Assembly: GCA_965228735.1 (NCBI GenBank) | Contig: OZ245838.1 | Span: forward strand, 5,216,001-5,280,000 | Direction of reading: 5' to 3' | DNA from: Planctomycetota bacterium | GTDB taxonomy: Bacteria > Planctomycetota > UBA1135 > UBA2386 | Length of the DNA stretch: 64,000 bases | Translations under genes and position numbers: made by a program | Notes under the pieces: generated by a model | The model's input: only the letters and a program-made list of their open reading frames with translations | Told to the model about the DNA's origin: nothing | Database searches by the model: none | In this document: positions 9,358 to 19,672 of the stretch, piece after piece | How the letters are laid out: each line of letters starts with the position of its first letter | How positions within the stretch are numbered: position 1 is the stretch's first letter

Positions 9358-11094
9358 TCACGAAGTAAGGGCGTGCACCACTGACTCAGCTAGCTGCGAT
9401 GACACTCGTTCCCGTGTCGTCAGCGACCTTTCTAGCCGATCGCAGAGAGCCATCATCTCGTCGATCGCTGCTACGATTGTCTGCTGCTCGCTGCTCGGGG
9501 GCAGGGGAATCGGCACAGAGCGGAAGATGGGCAAAGTGAGTCGAAGTCGCGTTGAGCCGAAGGCTGCTCGGAAAGCGAACTGGCGAGCAGTGACGGAATT
9601 CAGGAAGTGCATCACGTAGCGGGGATGAGCCAGCGACGAGTTCAACTCCAGTTTCATCACATCGGGAGTGAGCATGGCTTGGCCTATTCCCTGGGGGTAG
9701 ATGCAGCAGTCGCCCGGCGGGTCGCCAAGCTTCGTCACCAACAGCTCGCCACCGGAGACCGAGTATTCCTGGAATAGCTCCACCCACTTGTCATGGTCCA
9801 TGTAGGTAGGTCGAGCCGTTCGGTAGTCATCGGGCTTCACATGGCGCAGGAAGATGATTGGCACGCCCTCTGGTCGAAAGTCCTTCGCCTTGAAGATTGT
9901 TCCGAAGGGACCGGCGCAAATGGCCTTCGGCTTGTTCGAGGCGAGCTGTTCGACTGTCGCCCACGTCCACCCGGGAGGAAGGCCGGGTAGTCCGTTGGTG
10001 TCCGGAGGAATGGGATCGGCATACCGCGTTTTCCACTTCGAGTTCTTGTGGGGCTTGCCTCTGGCCTGCGCAGCTTGCAGTTGTTGTTGCTCCCACCGTT
10101 CTCGTCGATCTCGCAGCGCCTGTTCGAGCGACAGTTTGGCGTCGTCACCACTCTCTTCTTGCTCAACCAGACGGCCTCGAACTGCGAGTTGCAAGACTGC
10201 CTGCCGAAGCACCGGCACGCTATCCGAGTGCTCGGTGACGGCTCCCCAGTTCTCCCGCACGCGATCCCACGCTTCGGCCAGATCGTCAGCGGACTCCGCG
10301 CGGCTGAGCGCGTCCATGGCCGAGGTCTGGAACGAGCGGCGGACGGCGTGGCGGCGCTCCTGCCTCTCCTCCAGCTCGTCGCACAGCGCCATCAGTTCGT
10401 CGACCTTGGCGACGATGCGGTCCTGCTCCTCGATCGGTGGAAAGGCCACGAGCAAGCTTGTGACGTCGTCAGTGGCAAGCCGGCAGGTTCCGTGTGTGGA
10501 ACGCTCGACCAAGTCCAGCACGTCGCGGCGTCGACCGCGAAGATGCAGATGGACGAAATCGGCGATCCTGTCGTTCCGCAAGATCAACGCCTTCATGTCC
10601 TGGTTGAGTGTCACACTGACAGTGTTGATCGCGACAGGAAACGAGTGCGCGAGGATCATGCCGCGCACGACCATGAGGATTGCTCGCGGAGGCACCATCT
10701 TCACGGGCGTCTTCTCGACCGCGAGGTCCGTCACGGTGTCCTGGCTGCCATCGATCAGCGGGCGCTTCATGTCTTTCGGGCTGACCCAAGGGATCGAGCC
10801 GCCCCAGAACTCGCTGTTCTTCTTCGATGGCGTTCCTCCGCCCCGCATCTGTCCGAGGTCTCCAAGGCGCACCCATGCCCATCCGACAGGAAGATCGAAG
10901 GGCGGATTCTCGGGTTCGATCTGGGCTTCGATGCGTTGATCCGCGAGCCACGAAGGTGCTGATTCGTCAGTGGGGTCTTGTTCGACCACCTTGCCCCGAA
11001 CCGCTAAGCGAAGGATCAGTCGCCGCAACTGCTCGACGCCTCCTTCTGCGGAGGCCATCGTCCCGAACCTCAGCATGAGCTGGTCTCGGTCCAC
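9358..11094 (-). CDS. hsdS: Type I restriction-modification specificity subunit
   Basis: Two TRD/conserved repeats (LPVGWAWVRLGD, LPPGWTWATVEQ; FPPIEEQDRIV, LPPSSEQQTIV); LAVRGK/LAVRGR repeats. Confidence 0.93.
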   Translation of the reverse strand: MDRDQLMLRFGTMASAEGGVEQLRRLILRLAVRGKVVEQDPTDESAPSWLADQRIEAQIEPENPPFDLPVGWAWVRLGDLGQMRGGGTPSKKNSEFWGGSIPWVSPKDMKRPLIDGSQDTVTDLAVEKTPVKMVPPRAILMVVRGMILAHSFPVAINTVSVTLNQDMKALILRNDRIADFVHLHLRGRRRDVLDLVERSTHGTCRLATDDVTSLLVAFPPIEEQDRIVAKVDELMALCDELEERQERRHAVRRSFQTSAMDALSRAESADDLAEAWDRVRENWGAVTEHSDSVPVLRQAVLQLAVRGRLVEQEESGDDAKLSLEQALRDRRERWEQQQLQAAQARGKPHKNSKWKTRYADPIPPDTNGLPGLPPGWTWATVEQLASNKPKAICAGPFGTIFKAKDFRPEGVPIIFLRHVKPDDYRTARPTYMDHDKWVELFQEYSVSGGELLVTKLGDPPGDCCIYPQGIGQAMLTPDVMKLELNSSLAHPRYVMHFLNSVTARQFAFRAAFGSTRLRLTLPIFRSVPIPLPPSSEQQTIVAAIDEMMALCDRLERSLTTRERVSSQLAESVVHALTS

Positions 11095-12545
11095 TAGCCT
11101 CGCTCCAGCGCGCCCTGGAGAGCTGCTCGAAGTCTCTCCCGAACGTCGGCAGCCTGAGTGGTCACTTCTTCCAGCGACGCGAGCAGCTCGTCCGGGTCTC
11201 CCGGCCCGTCGTCAGGCGCGTTCGGGTTCTTGATGTCGAGGTTGTAGGAGCGCTCCACGATCGTCTCGATCGGCACGCGCCATGCCTGTTCGCTCTCCTT
11301 GCGGTCTTCCCACCACGCCTTCTCCGAATCGAACTCCTCGATCCGCATCGGTTTCGTCTTCGAGTAGCTCTTGTAGCCCGGCGGATAAGGGTGTTCGTAG
11401 AACCACACTTCGCTCGTAGGTTCGCCCTTCGTGAAGAACAGCACGTTGGTCTGGATGCCCGTGTAGGGGCTGAACACGCCCTTCGGTAGGCGGACCAGCG
11501 TGTGCAGGTTGCAGTCCTCCAGCAGGCGCTCCTTGATTCTTGTCTTCACGCCCTCGCCGAAGAGCGAGCCGTCCGGCAGCACCACAGCAGCCCTTCCTCC
11601 GGGCTTGAGGAGCGTCAGGATCAGCACGAGAAACAGATCCGCGGTTTCGCGGGTTCGATACTCCGCGGGGAAGTTCGCTTCGATCCCGTCTTCCTCGATC
11701 CCGCCGAACGGCGGGTTGGTCACGATGACGTCGACACGATCGCGCGGGCCATAGTCGCGCAACGGACGCGTCAGCGTGTTGTCGTGGCGGATGTTGGTCG
11801 GCACATCGATGCCATGCAGGATCATGTTCGTCGTGCACAGCAGGTGCGGGAGCTGCTTCTTCTCGACGCCGGAGATGCTGGCCTGGAGCTTCGCCTCCTG
11901 CTTCGGCGTCTTGACCTGCTCGCGGACGTGCTCGATGGCGCAGGTCAGGAAGCCACCGGTGCCGCAGGCGGGATCGAGGATCGTCTCGCCGAGCTGCGGG
12001 TCGACCATGTCCACGGCGAACTGCGTGACAGCGCGGGGCGTGTAGAATTCGCCGGAGTTGCCGGCGCTCTGGAGGTCCTTGAGGATCTTCTCGTAGAGGT
12101 CGCCCAGGGCGTGGCGCGTCTTGCTGTCGTTGAAGTTGATCGCTTCCTGGATCTTGTTGACGACCTGCCGGAGCAGTGTGCCCGACTTCATAAAATTGAA
12201 GGCGTCGCGGAACACTTCGCGGACGACCATCGCACGATCACGAACCGCTCCTTCGGCCGGCAGCTCGACCAAGGCCGGGAACAGATGGTTGTTCACGAAG
12301 TCGCTGAGGTCGTCGCCGGTCATCCCCTCGGGGTCGGCAGCCCAGTTGCGCCAGCGGAACTCGTCCGGGATCGGCGACTCGAAGTCCTCGTCGAGCAGCT
12401 CCTGCTCCTGCTCGCGGTCGTCGTAGATTTTCAGGAACAGCATCCAGCCGAGCTGCTCGATGCGCTGGGCGTCGCCGTTGATGCCGACGTCCTTGCGCAT
12501 GATGTCCTGGATGCCCTTGATCGAATTGCCCAACGACGCCGTCAC
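11094..12545 (-). CDS. hsdM: Type I R-M N6-adenine methyltransferase
   Basis: [17 protein letters not shown] (motif I), NPPFGG (motif IV). Confidence 0.96.
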   Translation of the reverse strand: MTASLGNSIKGIQDIMRKDVGINGDAQRIEQLGWMLFLKIYDDREQEQELLDEDFESPIPDEFRWRNWAADPEGMTGDDLSDFVNNHLFPALVELPAEGAVRDRAMVVREVFRDAFNFMKSGTLLRQVVNKIQEAINFNDSKTRHALGDLYEKILKDLQSAGNSGEFYTPRAVTQFAVDMVDPQLGETILDPACGTGGFLTCAIEHVREQVKTPKQEAKLQASISGVEKKQLPHLLCTTNMILHGIDVPTNIRHDNTLTRPLRDYGPRDRVDVIVTNPPFGGIEEDGIEANFPAEYRTRETADLFLVLILTLLKPGGRAAVVLPDGSLFGEGVKTRIKERLLEDCNLHTLVRLPKGVFSPYTGIQTNVLFFTKGEPTSEVWFYEHPYPPGYKSYSKTKPMRIEEFDSEKAWWEDRKESEQAWRVPIETIVERSYNLDIKNPNAPDDGPGDPDELLASLEEVTTQAADVRERLRAALQGALERG

Positions 12546-14917
12546 GCTGCCCCCTCCACTCGGTAAAGCTCGGCCTCCAGCTCACGGAGCGCCTGCTGGT
12601 AGTTCTCCTTCCCGCCGAACCAGCCGACCAGCTCGACGGGCGTCCCCATCTCGCTGAACGGCTGCACGCGCAGGACGCCCATCTTCTCGACTGGGACGAT
12701 TCCCTGGTCGGCATATTTGTCGAGGAGTGCGTTCAGCACGCGGCGCGCGGGCTCGCCGAACTTGGTGAACACATCGCGCTTGCGAACATTCTCCGCGCGC
12801 TCCCGGCGGCTCAGTGGCGGCTGGTCGAACACGACGTGGCAGATCAGGTCGAAGGGATCGAGTTCGCGTCCGACCTGATCCGCCAGCGCCTCGATGAGGA
12901 GCCCTTCGTCGCGCAGCTCGTCCAGGATGGCCTTCTTCTTCTCGGCGGTGTTCCATGCCTGGAGAAAGTCGTCCAGCGACGCGAACCGATCGCGAACCGA
13001 GCGTCTCGTGTAGTCGCGCAGAGACTCGGTGATGAGCTTGCCGTCGTTGCCGTAGTATTGGACGCGCTCCGCGACGACGGACACCCCGACGCCGGAGACC
13101 ACGTATTTCTGCCGGCGGCCGCGGTCGTCATCGTCGCCGCCGCCGGTGTCCGTGTCGTCGGGCGTGACGAGGATGTCCTCGATATCCGGATCGTTCTGGA
13201 GGTCGTCGGGATCGACGTCGTCCAAGTCCGGCGGGACGATCGTGTCGTCGTCGTCTGGCCGGTAGACCTGCACGGGGGCTCCGTCGAACTCGGGATCGGC
13301 GAACAGCTCCGTCGCCTTCTTGAAGTCGACGATCGTGAAGTAGAGCTTGCCGGCGTCTTCGTGGATGCGTGTGCCGCGCCCGATGATCTGCTTGAACTCG
13401 GTCATCGACTGGATGCGCTGGTCGAGGACGACGAACTCACAGGTCTTCGCGTCAACGCCGGTGCTCATCAGCTTCGAGGTGGTGGCGATCACCGGGTAGC
13501 GCTCCTCGGGGTGGATGAAGTTGTCGAGCTGAGCCTTGCCCTGCTCGTTGTCCCCGGTGATGCGCATGACATATTTGGAGTTTTCGCGCGCTCGCTCGGG
13601 GTTGGCGTTGACGATCGCCGAGCGCATCCGCTCGGCGTGGTCGATGTCTTCACAGAAGACGATGGTCTTCGCGTAGGGCTTGCCTGAGCCTTCCAGCAGC
13701 TCCACGACCTTCTTAGCGACCAGCTCGGTGCGCTGCGTCAGGACTAGCTCACGGTCGAAGTCCTGCTGGTTGTAGATGCGGTCCTCGATGACCTCACCGG
13801 TGTCGTCCTGCTGGCCGCGCTCCGGGCGCCAGCCTTCGAGATCCTTGTCGAGGTCGACACGAATGACCTTGTAGGGCGCAAGGAAGCCGTCCTCGATTCC
13901 CTGCTTGAGGCTGTAGGTGTAGACCGGGTCGCCGAAGTAGGCGATGTTCGAGACGTCCTTCGTCTCCTTGGGCGTCGCCGTGAGCCCGATCTGCGTCGCC
14001 GACTTGAAGTAGGTGAGGATCTCGTGCCAGCGCGATGCTTCACGAGCGCTCGATCGGTGGCACTCGTCGATCACGATCAGGTCGAAGAAGTCGGGTGAGA
14101 ACTGCTTGAAGACGTTGTCCTCTTCCTCGGTGCCGGAGATCCCCTGATAGAGCGCGAGGTAGATCTCGTAGGACTTGTCGATCTGCCGCTTGCGGATCTT
14201 CGTCATCGCGGCGCCGAACGGCTTGAAGTCGTTCGTGATGGTCTGGTCGACGAGGATGTTTCGGTCGGCGAGGAACAGGATGCGACGCTTGTGCTTGGCC
14301 TTCCACAGTCGCCAGATGATCTGGAAGGCTGTGTAGGTCTTGCCCGTGCCGGTCGCCATGACGAGCAGGATGCGATCCTGCCCGCGGACGATCGCCTCAA
14401 CCGTGCGGTTGATCGCGACACGTTGGTAGTAGCGCGGCTCCTTGCCGCTAGCGTCCTCGTAGTAGGGCGAGGTGACGCGTTCGGTCTTCTCGTCGTCGAG
14501 CCCCTTCCAAGCGCAGTAGCGCTGCCAGAGGTCGGCGGGACTCGGGAACTGGTCGAGCGCGAGGGTCTGCTCGACCGGGTTCTGCTGGCCTGTGCGATCG
14601 TGGAAGAGGAAGCCCGAGCCGTTCGAGCTGAACACGAACGGGATGTCCAGGGTGTCGGCGTAGGCGAGCGCCTGTTGCATTCCGTCCCCAACGCTGTGGG
14701 AGGTGTCCTTCGCCTCGACGATCGCGAGTGGCAGGTTCGCCTTCCACTGGAGGAGGTAGTCGGCGCGCTTCTTCTTGCCGCGTGCCACGCAGCGACCGCG
14801 AACGATGATGCGACCCGCGGTGAACGTGACCTCTCGCCGGACCTGCCGATCGAGGTCCCAGCCAGCCTGTTGGATGGCCGGGCTGATGCGGCGCATGCAG
14901 GTTTCGGTCTCGTTCAT
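12542..14917 (-). CDS. hsdR: Type I R-M restriction subunit (EcoAI/EcoEI-like)
   Basis: ADY...VEAK nuclease motif, [27 protein letters not shown]. Confidence 0.96.
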   Translation of the reverse strand: MNETETCMRRISPAIQQAGWDLDRQVRREVTFTAGRIIVRGRCVARGKKKRADYLLQWKANLPLAIVEAKDTSHSVGDGMQQALAYADTLDIPFVFSSNGSGFLFHDRTGQQNPVEQTLALDQFPSPADLWQRYCAWKGLDDEKTERVTSPYYEDASGKEPRYYQRVAINRTVEAIVRGQDRILLVMATGTGKTYTAFQIIWRLWKAKHKRRILFLADRNILVDQTITNDFKPFGAAMTKIRKRQIDKSYEIYLALYQGISGTEEEDNVFKQFSPDFFDLIVIDECHRSSAREASRWHEILTYFKSATQIGLTATPKETKDVSNIAYFGDPVYTYSLKQGIEDGFLAPYKVIRVDLDKDLEGWRPERGQQDDTGEVIEDRIYNQQDFDRELVLTQRTELVAKKVVELLEGSGKPYAKTIVFCEDIDHAERMRSAIVNANPERARENSKYVMRITGDNEQGKAQLDNFIHPEERYPVIATTSKLMSTGVDAKTCEFVVLDQRIQSMTEFKQIIGRGTRIHEDAGKLYFTIVDFKKATELFADPEFDGAPVQVYRPDDDDTIVPPDLDDVDPDDLQNDPDIEDILVTPDDTDTGGGDDDDRGRRQKYVVSGVGVSVVAERVQYYGNDGKLITESLRDYTRRSVRDRFASLDDFLQAWNTAEKKKAILDELRDEGLLIEALADQVGRELDPFDLICHVVFDQPPLSRRERAENVRKRDVFTKFGEPARRVLNALLDKYADQGIVPVEKMGVLRVQPFSEMGTPVELVGWFGGKENYQQALRELEAELYRVEGAA

Positions 14918-14936
14918 GCGGAGGCTCCTACGCAGA

Positions 14937-15221
14937 TCACGGCTTGCCTGCCCGAAGCTGCTGACTGGCTCGCTCCCACGCCTGGAGGAGAAGTTCGGAC
15001 ACCGTCATGCCAAGGAGTTCGGCGTCCCTGCGCATCAGCTTCTTGGTCTTCGGGGTCACGCGCAGCTTGATGAACTCTGTTCGGCGCTCCCGCGGAACCA
15101 ACCGTTTGGCGCGCGAGCCGCGAGGCTGCTCTGTCTCTTCGTGCGGAGGGTGGGTCACGGTGGTGCTCTGTCGAAGTGCTTGAAAAGCCCCGTCCCTGTG
15201 GTCACATTCTGTGGTCCTCAC
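14937..15221 (-). CDS. Ribbon-helix-helix protein, paralog of 8795-9022; start uncertain
   Basis: [33 protein letters not shown] aligns with the first RHH; sits directly upstream of hsdR. Confidence 0.65.
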   Translation of the reverse strand: MRTTECDHRDGAFQALRQSTTVTHPPHEETEQPRGSRAKRLVPRERRTEFIKLRVTPKTKKLMRRDAELLGMTVSELLLQAWERASQQLRAGKP

Positions 15222-15267
15222 CGATGGTGGTCAAGCGATCGGTGGCACCGATGCGCGAGGAGCTGAT

Positions 15268-16077
15268 GTGGCGACGATCGTCTCATGCGTGAATCTGAAA
15301 GGAGGCGTTGGCAAGACTGCCATCGCCGTCAACTTCGCTGCCTACTGCGGCGCGCACGGGAAGAGAGTTCTTCTTGTGGATCTAGATCCGCAAACCAACG
15401 CCACGTTCTCGTGCCTGACCGTAGAGGAGTGGCGGGAGCACTCCGCACATCACGGCACGATCGCCGACCTTCTCGGTGCGCGGCGCAGCACGAACGCGGA
15501 GGGACGTGCGACGGACCCAAGTGACGTCGTTCGGGACGCTGTCTTCCCAGGGGTCGATCTGATCCCGTCTCACCTCGACTTGTTCACGGTCGACCTTGAT
15601 CTAGCTTCAACCACAGCCCGAGAGACGAAGCTCCGCAGGGCGTTTCGCGACATTCTGGACGACTACGATCTGGTCGTCTGCGACTGCCCTCCGAATCTCA
15701 CCATTCCGACCCAGAACGCGTTGGCCCTGAGTAGCCACTACGTGGTCCCTGTATCACCGGACTATCTCTCCGGATTGGGGGTCGCGCTGCTCGTCCGCCG
15801 AGTCCAGGAGTTCGCCAGTGACCTGGAGTTGCCCATCGAGCATGCCGGCATCGTGATTTCCAGGGTCGGGCGACCGGCTGAACACCGGGATCAGGTGATG
15901 GCGTCGCTTCGGCAAGAGTTCGGGGAACTCGTTCTGGGCACCCAGATCACGGAGCGAGTCGCTGTGAGTGAGGCGGCTTCCCGGCAGATGCCGATTTACG
16001 ACTCCGGCAACGCCGATGCATCAGCAGAATTCTCAGCCGTGTCCCGCGAGATACTTGCACGGGTAGGTCTTGAATGA
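15268..16077 (+). CDS. ParA/Soj-family ATPase
   Basis: NLKGGVGKT deviant Walker A, VDLDPQTNAT, DCPPNL; GAGGAG RBS before GTG 15268. Confidence 0.92.
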   Translation: MATIVSCVNLKGGVGKTAIAVNFAAYCGAHGKRVLLVDLDPQTNATFSCLTVEEWREHSAHHGTIADLLGARRSTNAEGRATDPSDVVRDAVFPGVDLIPSHLDLFTVDLDLASTTARETKLRRAFRDILDDYDLVVCDCPPNLTIPTQNALALSSHYVVPVSPDYLSGLGVALLVRRVQEFASDLELPIEHAGIVISRVGRPAEHRDQVMASLRQEFGELVLGTQITERVAVSEAASRQMPIYDSGNADASAEFSAVSREILARVGLE

Positions 16078-16454
16078 AATCACACACGCTGGCACGGGCT
16101 CTGAAGCAGCTCGCCGACATCATGCTTGACGGACCGAACGTCGAAGTCTCGCGGTTGGATCTTGACGATCGCTCCGCGGGGCGGGCAAGCTCCTCATCTG
16201 AGTTGGCAGTGAACATCGACACGCTGCTGGAGCTATCGAGAGTCGACAAGGTGCAGTGGAAAGCGTTCATCGACGAGTATTCGCTGGAGGTCGCCGTTTC
16301 CTCGAAGGACTCCACGCGGAACATCCTCGGAAAGGTCCTGTCGTTCTTGGAGAAGAGCGAAGCCGCGCGGAAGAGGGTGAAGGCGGCAGCAACCAGAAAG
16401 AGCGATACCTCTCCAGAACTGTCTAGAGCTTTGGCTGCGCTGCTGAACGACTAG
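16074..16454 (+). CDS. Hypothetical protein coupled to ParA
   Basis: ATGA overlap; 126 aa helical composition; not ParB-like. Confidence 0.75.
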   Translation: MKSHTLARALKQLADIMLDGPNVEVSRLDLDDRSAGRASSSSELAVNIDTLLELSRVDKVQWKAFIDEYSLEVAVSSKDSTRNILGKVLSFLEKSEAARKRVKAAATRKSDTSPELSRALAALLND

Positions 16455-16456
16455 CA

Positions 16457-17230
16457 ATGCAGCATCTGGCGAGTGAGATCGAAGCCAACTTCCGGCGTTT
16501 TCAGAAGAAGAGCGCGGAAGAGTGCAGAGCAGCTGAGACCGCGCTGAAGTCCCATGACGCCGTGTTCAGTCGCAGCTACAAGCGACTCGTCTCGCTGCAA
16601 GCGTGGAGGGCTGACCTCTTGGAGTCGGTCGTCGCGGGCGACGCGCTCGCGTTCTTCATAGAGGCTCAGAATGATGGGCTGGCTGCTCACGCGCTTGCGT
16701 CGCTCGGATCATGGCGAGCGTCGCTTCAGTCTCTGCGCGGCTGCATCGAGAACGTTCTCTGCTGTCTCTACTACATGGACCATCCCGTGGAGTTGCAGCT
16801 GTGGGAAGAAGGAGATCAGCGATTGGCGTTCAGCGAGCTGTTCTCCTACTTCGAGCTGCACCCGAAGACTCGCGCGAAAAAGCCCAAGCGCTCCGGGTTG
16901 TCGCCTCGCGTTGCGGCGGTGCCTACGCTCCAAGACGAGTATCGAACGTTGTCACGGTCAGTTCACGCGTCGCAAGATTGCTTCCGGATGACAACTGGCA
17001 CCGGCGGACAGACGAACCTGTGGGACGGGGCGAAGAAACGGCTCAGCATGTGGGAGACGCGGGAGAGGACCACGCTTAGCGCGGTGAATCTGCTTCTCTT
17101 GGCTGTCTTCAGAGAGCATCTGTCCGGGGCTAAGCTTCGGTCAGTTCGCAGCGCTGTGGGGCTGGCTGTCCCTCAATCCAAGCACGGCGATGTCCGTAGC
17201 GAGCTTCGAGTGTCGCTGCTGCGCGGGTAG
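16457..17230 (+). CDS. Hypothetical protein, possibly HEPN-like (DUF5677-type)
   Basis: LRGCIE and YRTLSRSVH motifs resemble the LRxxxE / YxxLSxxVH pattern of HEPN-related families. Confidence 0.55.
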   Translation: MQHLASEIEANFRRFQKKSAEECRAAETALKSHDAVFSRSYKRLVSLQAWRADLLESVVAGDALAFFIEAQNDGLAAHALASLGSWRASLQSLRGCIENVLCCLYYMDHPVELQLWEEGDQRLAFSELFSYFELHPKTRAKKPKRSGLSPRVAAVPTLQDEYRTLSRSVHASQDCFRMTTGTGGQTNLWDGAKKRLSMWETRERTTLSAVNLLLLAVFREHLSGAKLRSVRSAVGLAVPQSKHGDVRSELRVSLLRG

Positions 17231-17342
17231 AGCCGCGCGCCCGACAGCTAGCCGGGAGGATTCGGCACTCCTGGCTCGACCTCGTGAGCAAGCCGAATAG
17301 CTACGCTTCCTCAAGTTGGAGCCCGCCGCTCCCGATATAGCT

Positions 17343-17362
17343 ACAGGTCCGTGCGGACCTGT
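17343..17362. promoter_or_regulatory. Inverted repeat upstream of the tyrosine recombinase
   Basis: ACAGGTCCG-TG-CGGACCTGT perfect 9-bp arms; ATAGCTAC occurs twice just upstream. Confidence 0.5.
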
Positions 17363-17387
17363 GACTTTCGAGCACCTGGGGAAGCGG

Positions 17388-17978
17388 ATGACCACGAAAC
17401 TGCCGGTCGAGGTCCTGACACGGACGGAGCTGGACGCCCTGCTGAGGGCTTGCAACCGACGATCGCCATCAGGGCTTCGAGACCGCGCTCTGATCGCGCT
17501 GCTCTATGGCAGTGGCCTTCGCGTCGCCGAGGCGCTTGCGCTTCGACCGAGGGACGTCGACCTCGATGCCGGGACCGTGCGCGTCCACCGCGGCAAGGGT
17601 AGCAAGGCTCGCGTGAGTGGGATCGAAGAAGGCATGGGCGCCGTGCTGCGCGAGTGGATCGACTACCGTGCCCAGGCTCTCGCTCTCAACGGCACGAAGC
17701 CCCTTTTCTGTCAGATCACGAAGGGGCGAGTCGGCGAACCCGTGCAGCAGGCGTGCGTGCGTCAGATGCTCCGGCGTCGCACCGCGAAGGCTGGCATCGA
17801 GAAGCGCGTCCACGCGCATGGCCTCCGGCACTCCCACGCCGCCAACATGGCGGCGGCCGGCATTCCGATCAACGTCATCCAGCGCCAGCTCGGCCACTCG
17901 AACGTCGCCACGACCAGCCGCTACCTGGATCACGTCCAGCCCGCGGATGTCGTCGAGGCGGTGCGACGCCTCGGGTAG
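17388..17978 (+). CDS. Small tyrosine recombinase (catalytic domain only, 196 aa)
   Basis: SGLRVAEAL (R), GKGSK (K), HGLRH (HxxR), LGHSNVATTSRY (H, Y). Confidence 0.92.
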   Translation: MTTKLPVEVLTRTELDALLRACNRRSPSGLRDRALIALLYGSGLRVAEALALRPRDVDLDAGTVRVHRGKGSKARVSGIEEGMGAVLREWIDYRAQALALNGTKPLFCQITKGRVGEPVQQACVRQMLRRRTAKAGIEKRVHAHGLRHSHAANMAAAGIPINVIQRQLGHSNVATTSRYLDHVQPADVVEAVRRLG

Positions 17979-18069
17979 ATTCCGCGGCACGCCTGGATCA
18001 GCGCGCGGGGCTCGAAGTGCGGTTGTGTCGTTGGGTGTCATGGGGCTCCCCCGATTTCGGGGCGCTCAG

Positions 18070-18205
18070 ACGGCGATTGACCGACTAAACGAGTGACCGA
18101 ATGGTGGCTCCGGACAGCGTTTGACCGTCGGTCAATCGCGGTCCGTCGCGTTCGAAGGGGCTGATCCTCCAGGCTGCACGGCCAACGGCGATTGACCGAC
18201 GGTCA
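18070..18205. repeat. Cluster of direct and inverted GCGATTGACCGAC(GGTCA) repeats
   Basis: 18-bp perfect inverted pair 18122-18139 / 18188-18205; 16-bp direct repeat 18070-18085 / 18185-18200; internal TGACCG-N-CGGTCA palindromes. Confidence 0.85.
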
Positions 18206-18307
18206 TTCGATCTGGAGAGCTGACGCAACAGGTCGGCGGGCGCGTCGATCAACACACGGAGCAGCAGGGCAGCGCTAGAGCGGAGACAGATGGCGCTGCA
18301 CCGCTGG

Positions 18308-19480
18308 TCACGCGGGGGTCGCTTGGCCGGGTGGTGCTGCGTGAGGGTGATGGACGTAGGCACGCACCGTTCGATAGCTGACGCAGAGGCGAGCCGAAAT
18401 CTGCCGAAGCGGCATGCCAGAGCTGTGCAGTCGGCGAGCATAGGATCGTTCCCTGCGGCGTTGATCGGCGGCTGCTCGCCCTTCCATGACCGGCTTGTCG
18501 TAGAAGGTCTTGCGGCATGACTTGCACAGAAGCCTCTGCTTTCCGCTTCCTGACCGACCGTTCCTCACGATCTTGGAGCCATGCGCCCTGCACTTGGGGC
18601 ACCGGATGACATACTGGACCTTGAGAGCCGGCAAGAACGACGCGTAGCGTGCGTCGGGGTCTTGCGGACGACGACCGCGACGAGGCGGACGTCGCGCGAT
18701 GACCTTCTCGTAGCGGGCACGGGCGCGCAGTTTCTGGCTTTCCCAGGCTCGCATGGCGAGACCGCCGACAAGCGGTCTCGCGCATCTTTGGCCGGTTTCG
18801 TTCTCGTAGGGATCGAGGAGATGGCGGGCCAAGGACTCACCGGATGGAGTGTCGATCTGCTTGCCCAGCGGACCCTTCGCGAGGTAGCGGGTTGTCGGGG
18901 CCATTCGGCGCCCGGAGAAGTGGGTGCGATCTACAGCTCCTCCCAACTGCGTCCAGCATCGGGCGATCTCTCCTGCTCGCGGAACGGTGCCGCGTGACGG
19001 TGCTACGTAGACGAGGTGAACGTGAGGTCGGACCTGAGCTGAGTTCAGCGCTGCATACTCTGGGACGAGAACCCACGCCGAAGGAGGCTCACCGACGTCG
19101 CCTTCCGTCAGCGCGTCGTGCAGCAGCTCGCACGCATCGAGAAAGTCGCGCAGCGCGTGGATGGACGAGCGGGCTATGGGGAGCACCGGCCACGGCAGGA
19201 TCTGGTGGACGCTCGGCATGTCGATCGTTGCTGCCTTGCTCGCTTGGCGCTTGGCCCACCGAGAAGCGTCGTGAGGTCCACAGGAAGCGCAGCCGGTGCG
19301 GCGGCATCGCCTCGCGTAAACGTCGCGGCGCTCGTCCTTCGGAAGTGACCGCAGATCCAGTGCAGCGGTCTGGGCGTTGTGAAGAGCGCAGGACTCTCTC
19401 GGTCTCGGCGGAAAGCTCCGTGCATTCCGGCGTCGCAGTTGTGTTGAAGCTCTCGTGGGTCTCATGGTCGCGTTGCCCAT
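18308..19480 (-). CDS. Putative HUH rolling-circle Rep-like endonuclease with C-terminal InsA-like Zn ribbon and HTH; start uncertain
   Basis: CRRTGCASC; WVLVPE...RPHVHLV (HUH); RYLAK (YxxK); CPKC...GKQRLLCKSC; GMPLRQISARLCVSYRTV. Confidence 0.6.
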   Translation of the reverse strand: MGNATMRPTRASTQLRRRNARSFPPRPRESCALHNAQTAALDLRSLPKDERRDVYARRCRRTGCASCGPHDASRWAKRQASKAATIDMPSVHQILPWPVLPIARSSIHALRDFLDACELLHDALTEGDVGEPPSAWVLVPEYAALNSAQVRPHVHLVYVAPSRGTVPRAGEIARCWTQLGGAVDRTHFSGRRMAPTTRYLAKGPLGKQIDTPSGESLARHLLDPYENETGQRCARPLVGGLAMRAWESQKLRARARYEKVIARRPPRRGRRPQDPDARYASFLPALKVQYVIRCPKCRAHGSKIVRNGRSGSGKQRLLCKSCRKTFYDKPVMEGRAAADQRRRERSYARRLHSSGMPLRQISARLCVSYRTVRAYVHHPHAAPPGQATPA

Positions 19481-19672
19481 GAGCGGTCCCCGAACTACAC
19501 TTGGCTGCTGCTCGCTGGCCGCGATCGGTGACCGCTCGGTGTCGGTTGCGGTGGCACTCGCAGGCTCCCGTCAGTTCGCGCTGAGGGGAGCCTGCCCAAC
19601 CTTCCTGCCGGGCGGCGGGCGTGCTCGCGGGGACACACAGCCTTCGCTAGGCTGCCAGCAAGGAGCTGATCG

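Noticed and set aside
9358..11094. Phase-variable hsdS shufflon driven by the tyrosine recombinase
   Set aside because: Only one hsdS, no silent TRD copies and no inverted repeats noticed within it
15268..16454. Canonical ParABS partition system
   Set aside because: The downstream gene lacks ParB motifs and no parS-like array is visible
18070..18205. CRISPR array
   Set aside because: Only three short copies in mixed orientation, no regular spacers, and no cas genes
18308..18620. IS1 insertion sequence suggested by the InsA-like Zn ribbon/HTH
   Set aside because: No InsB/DDE frame, slippery A6C site or terminal inverted repeats seen; the domain is in frame with an HUH-like region
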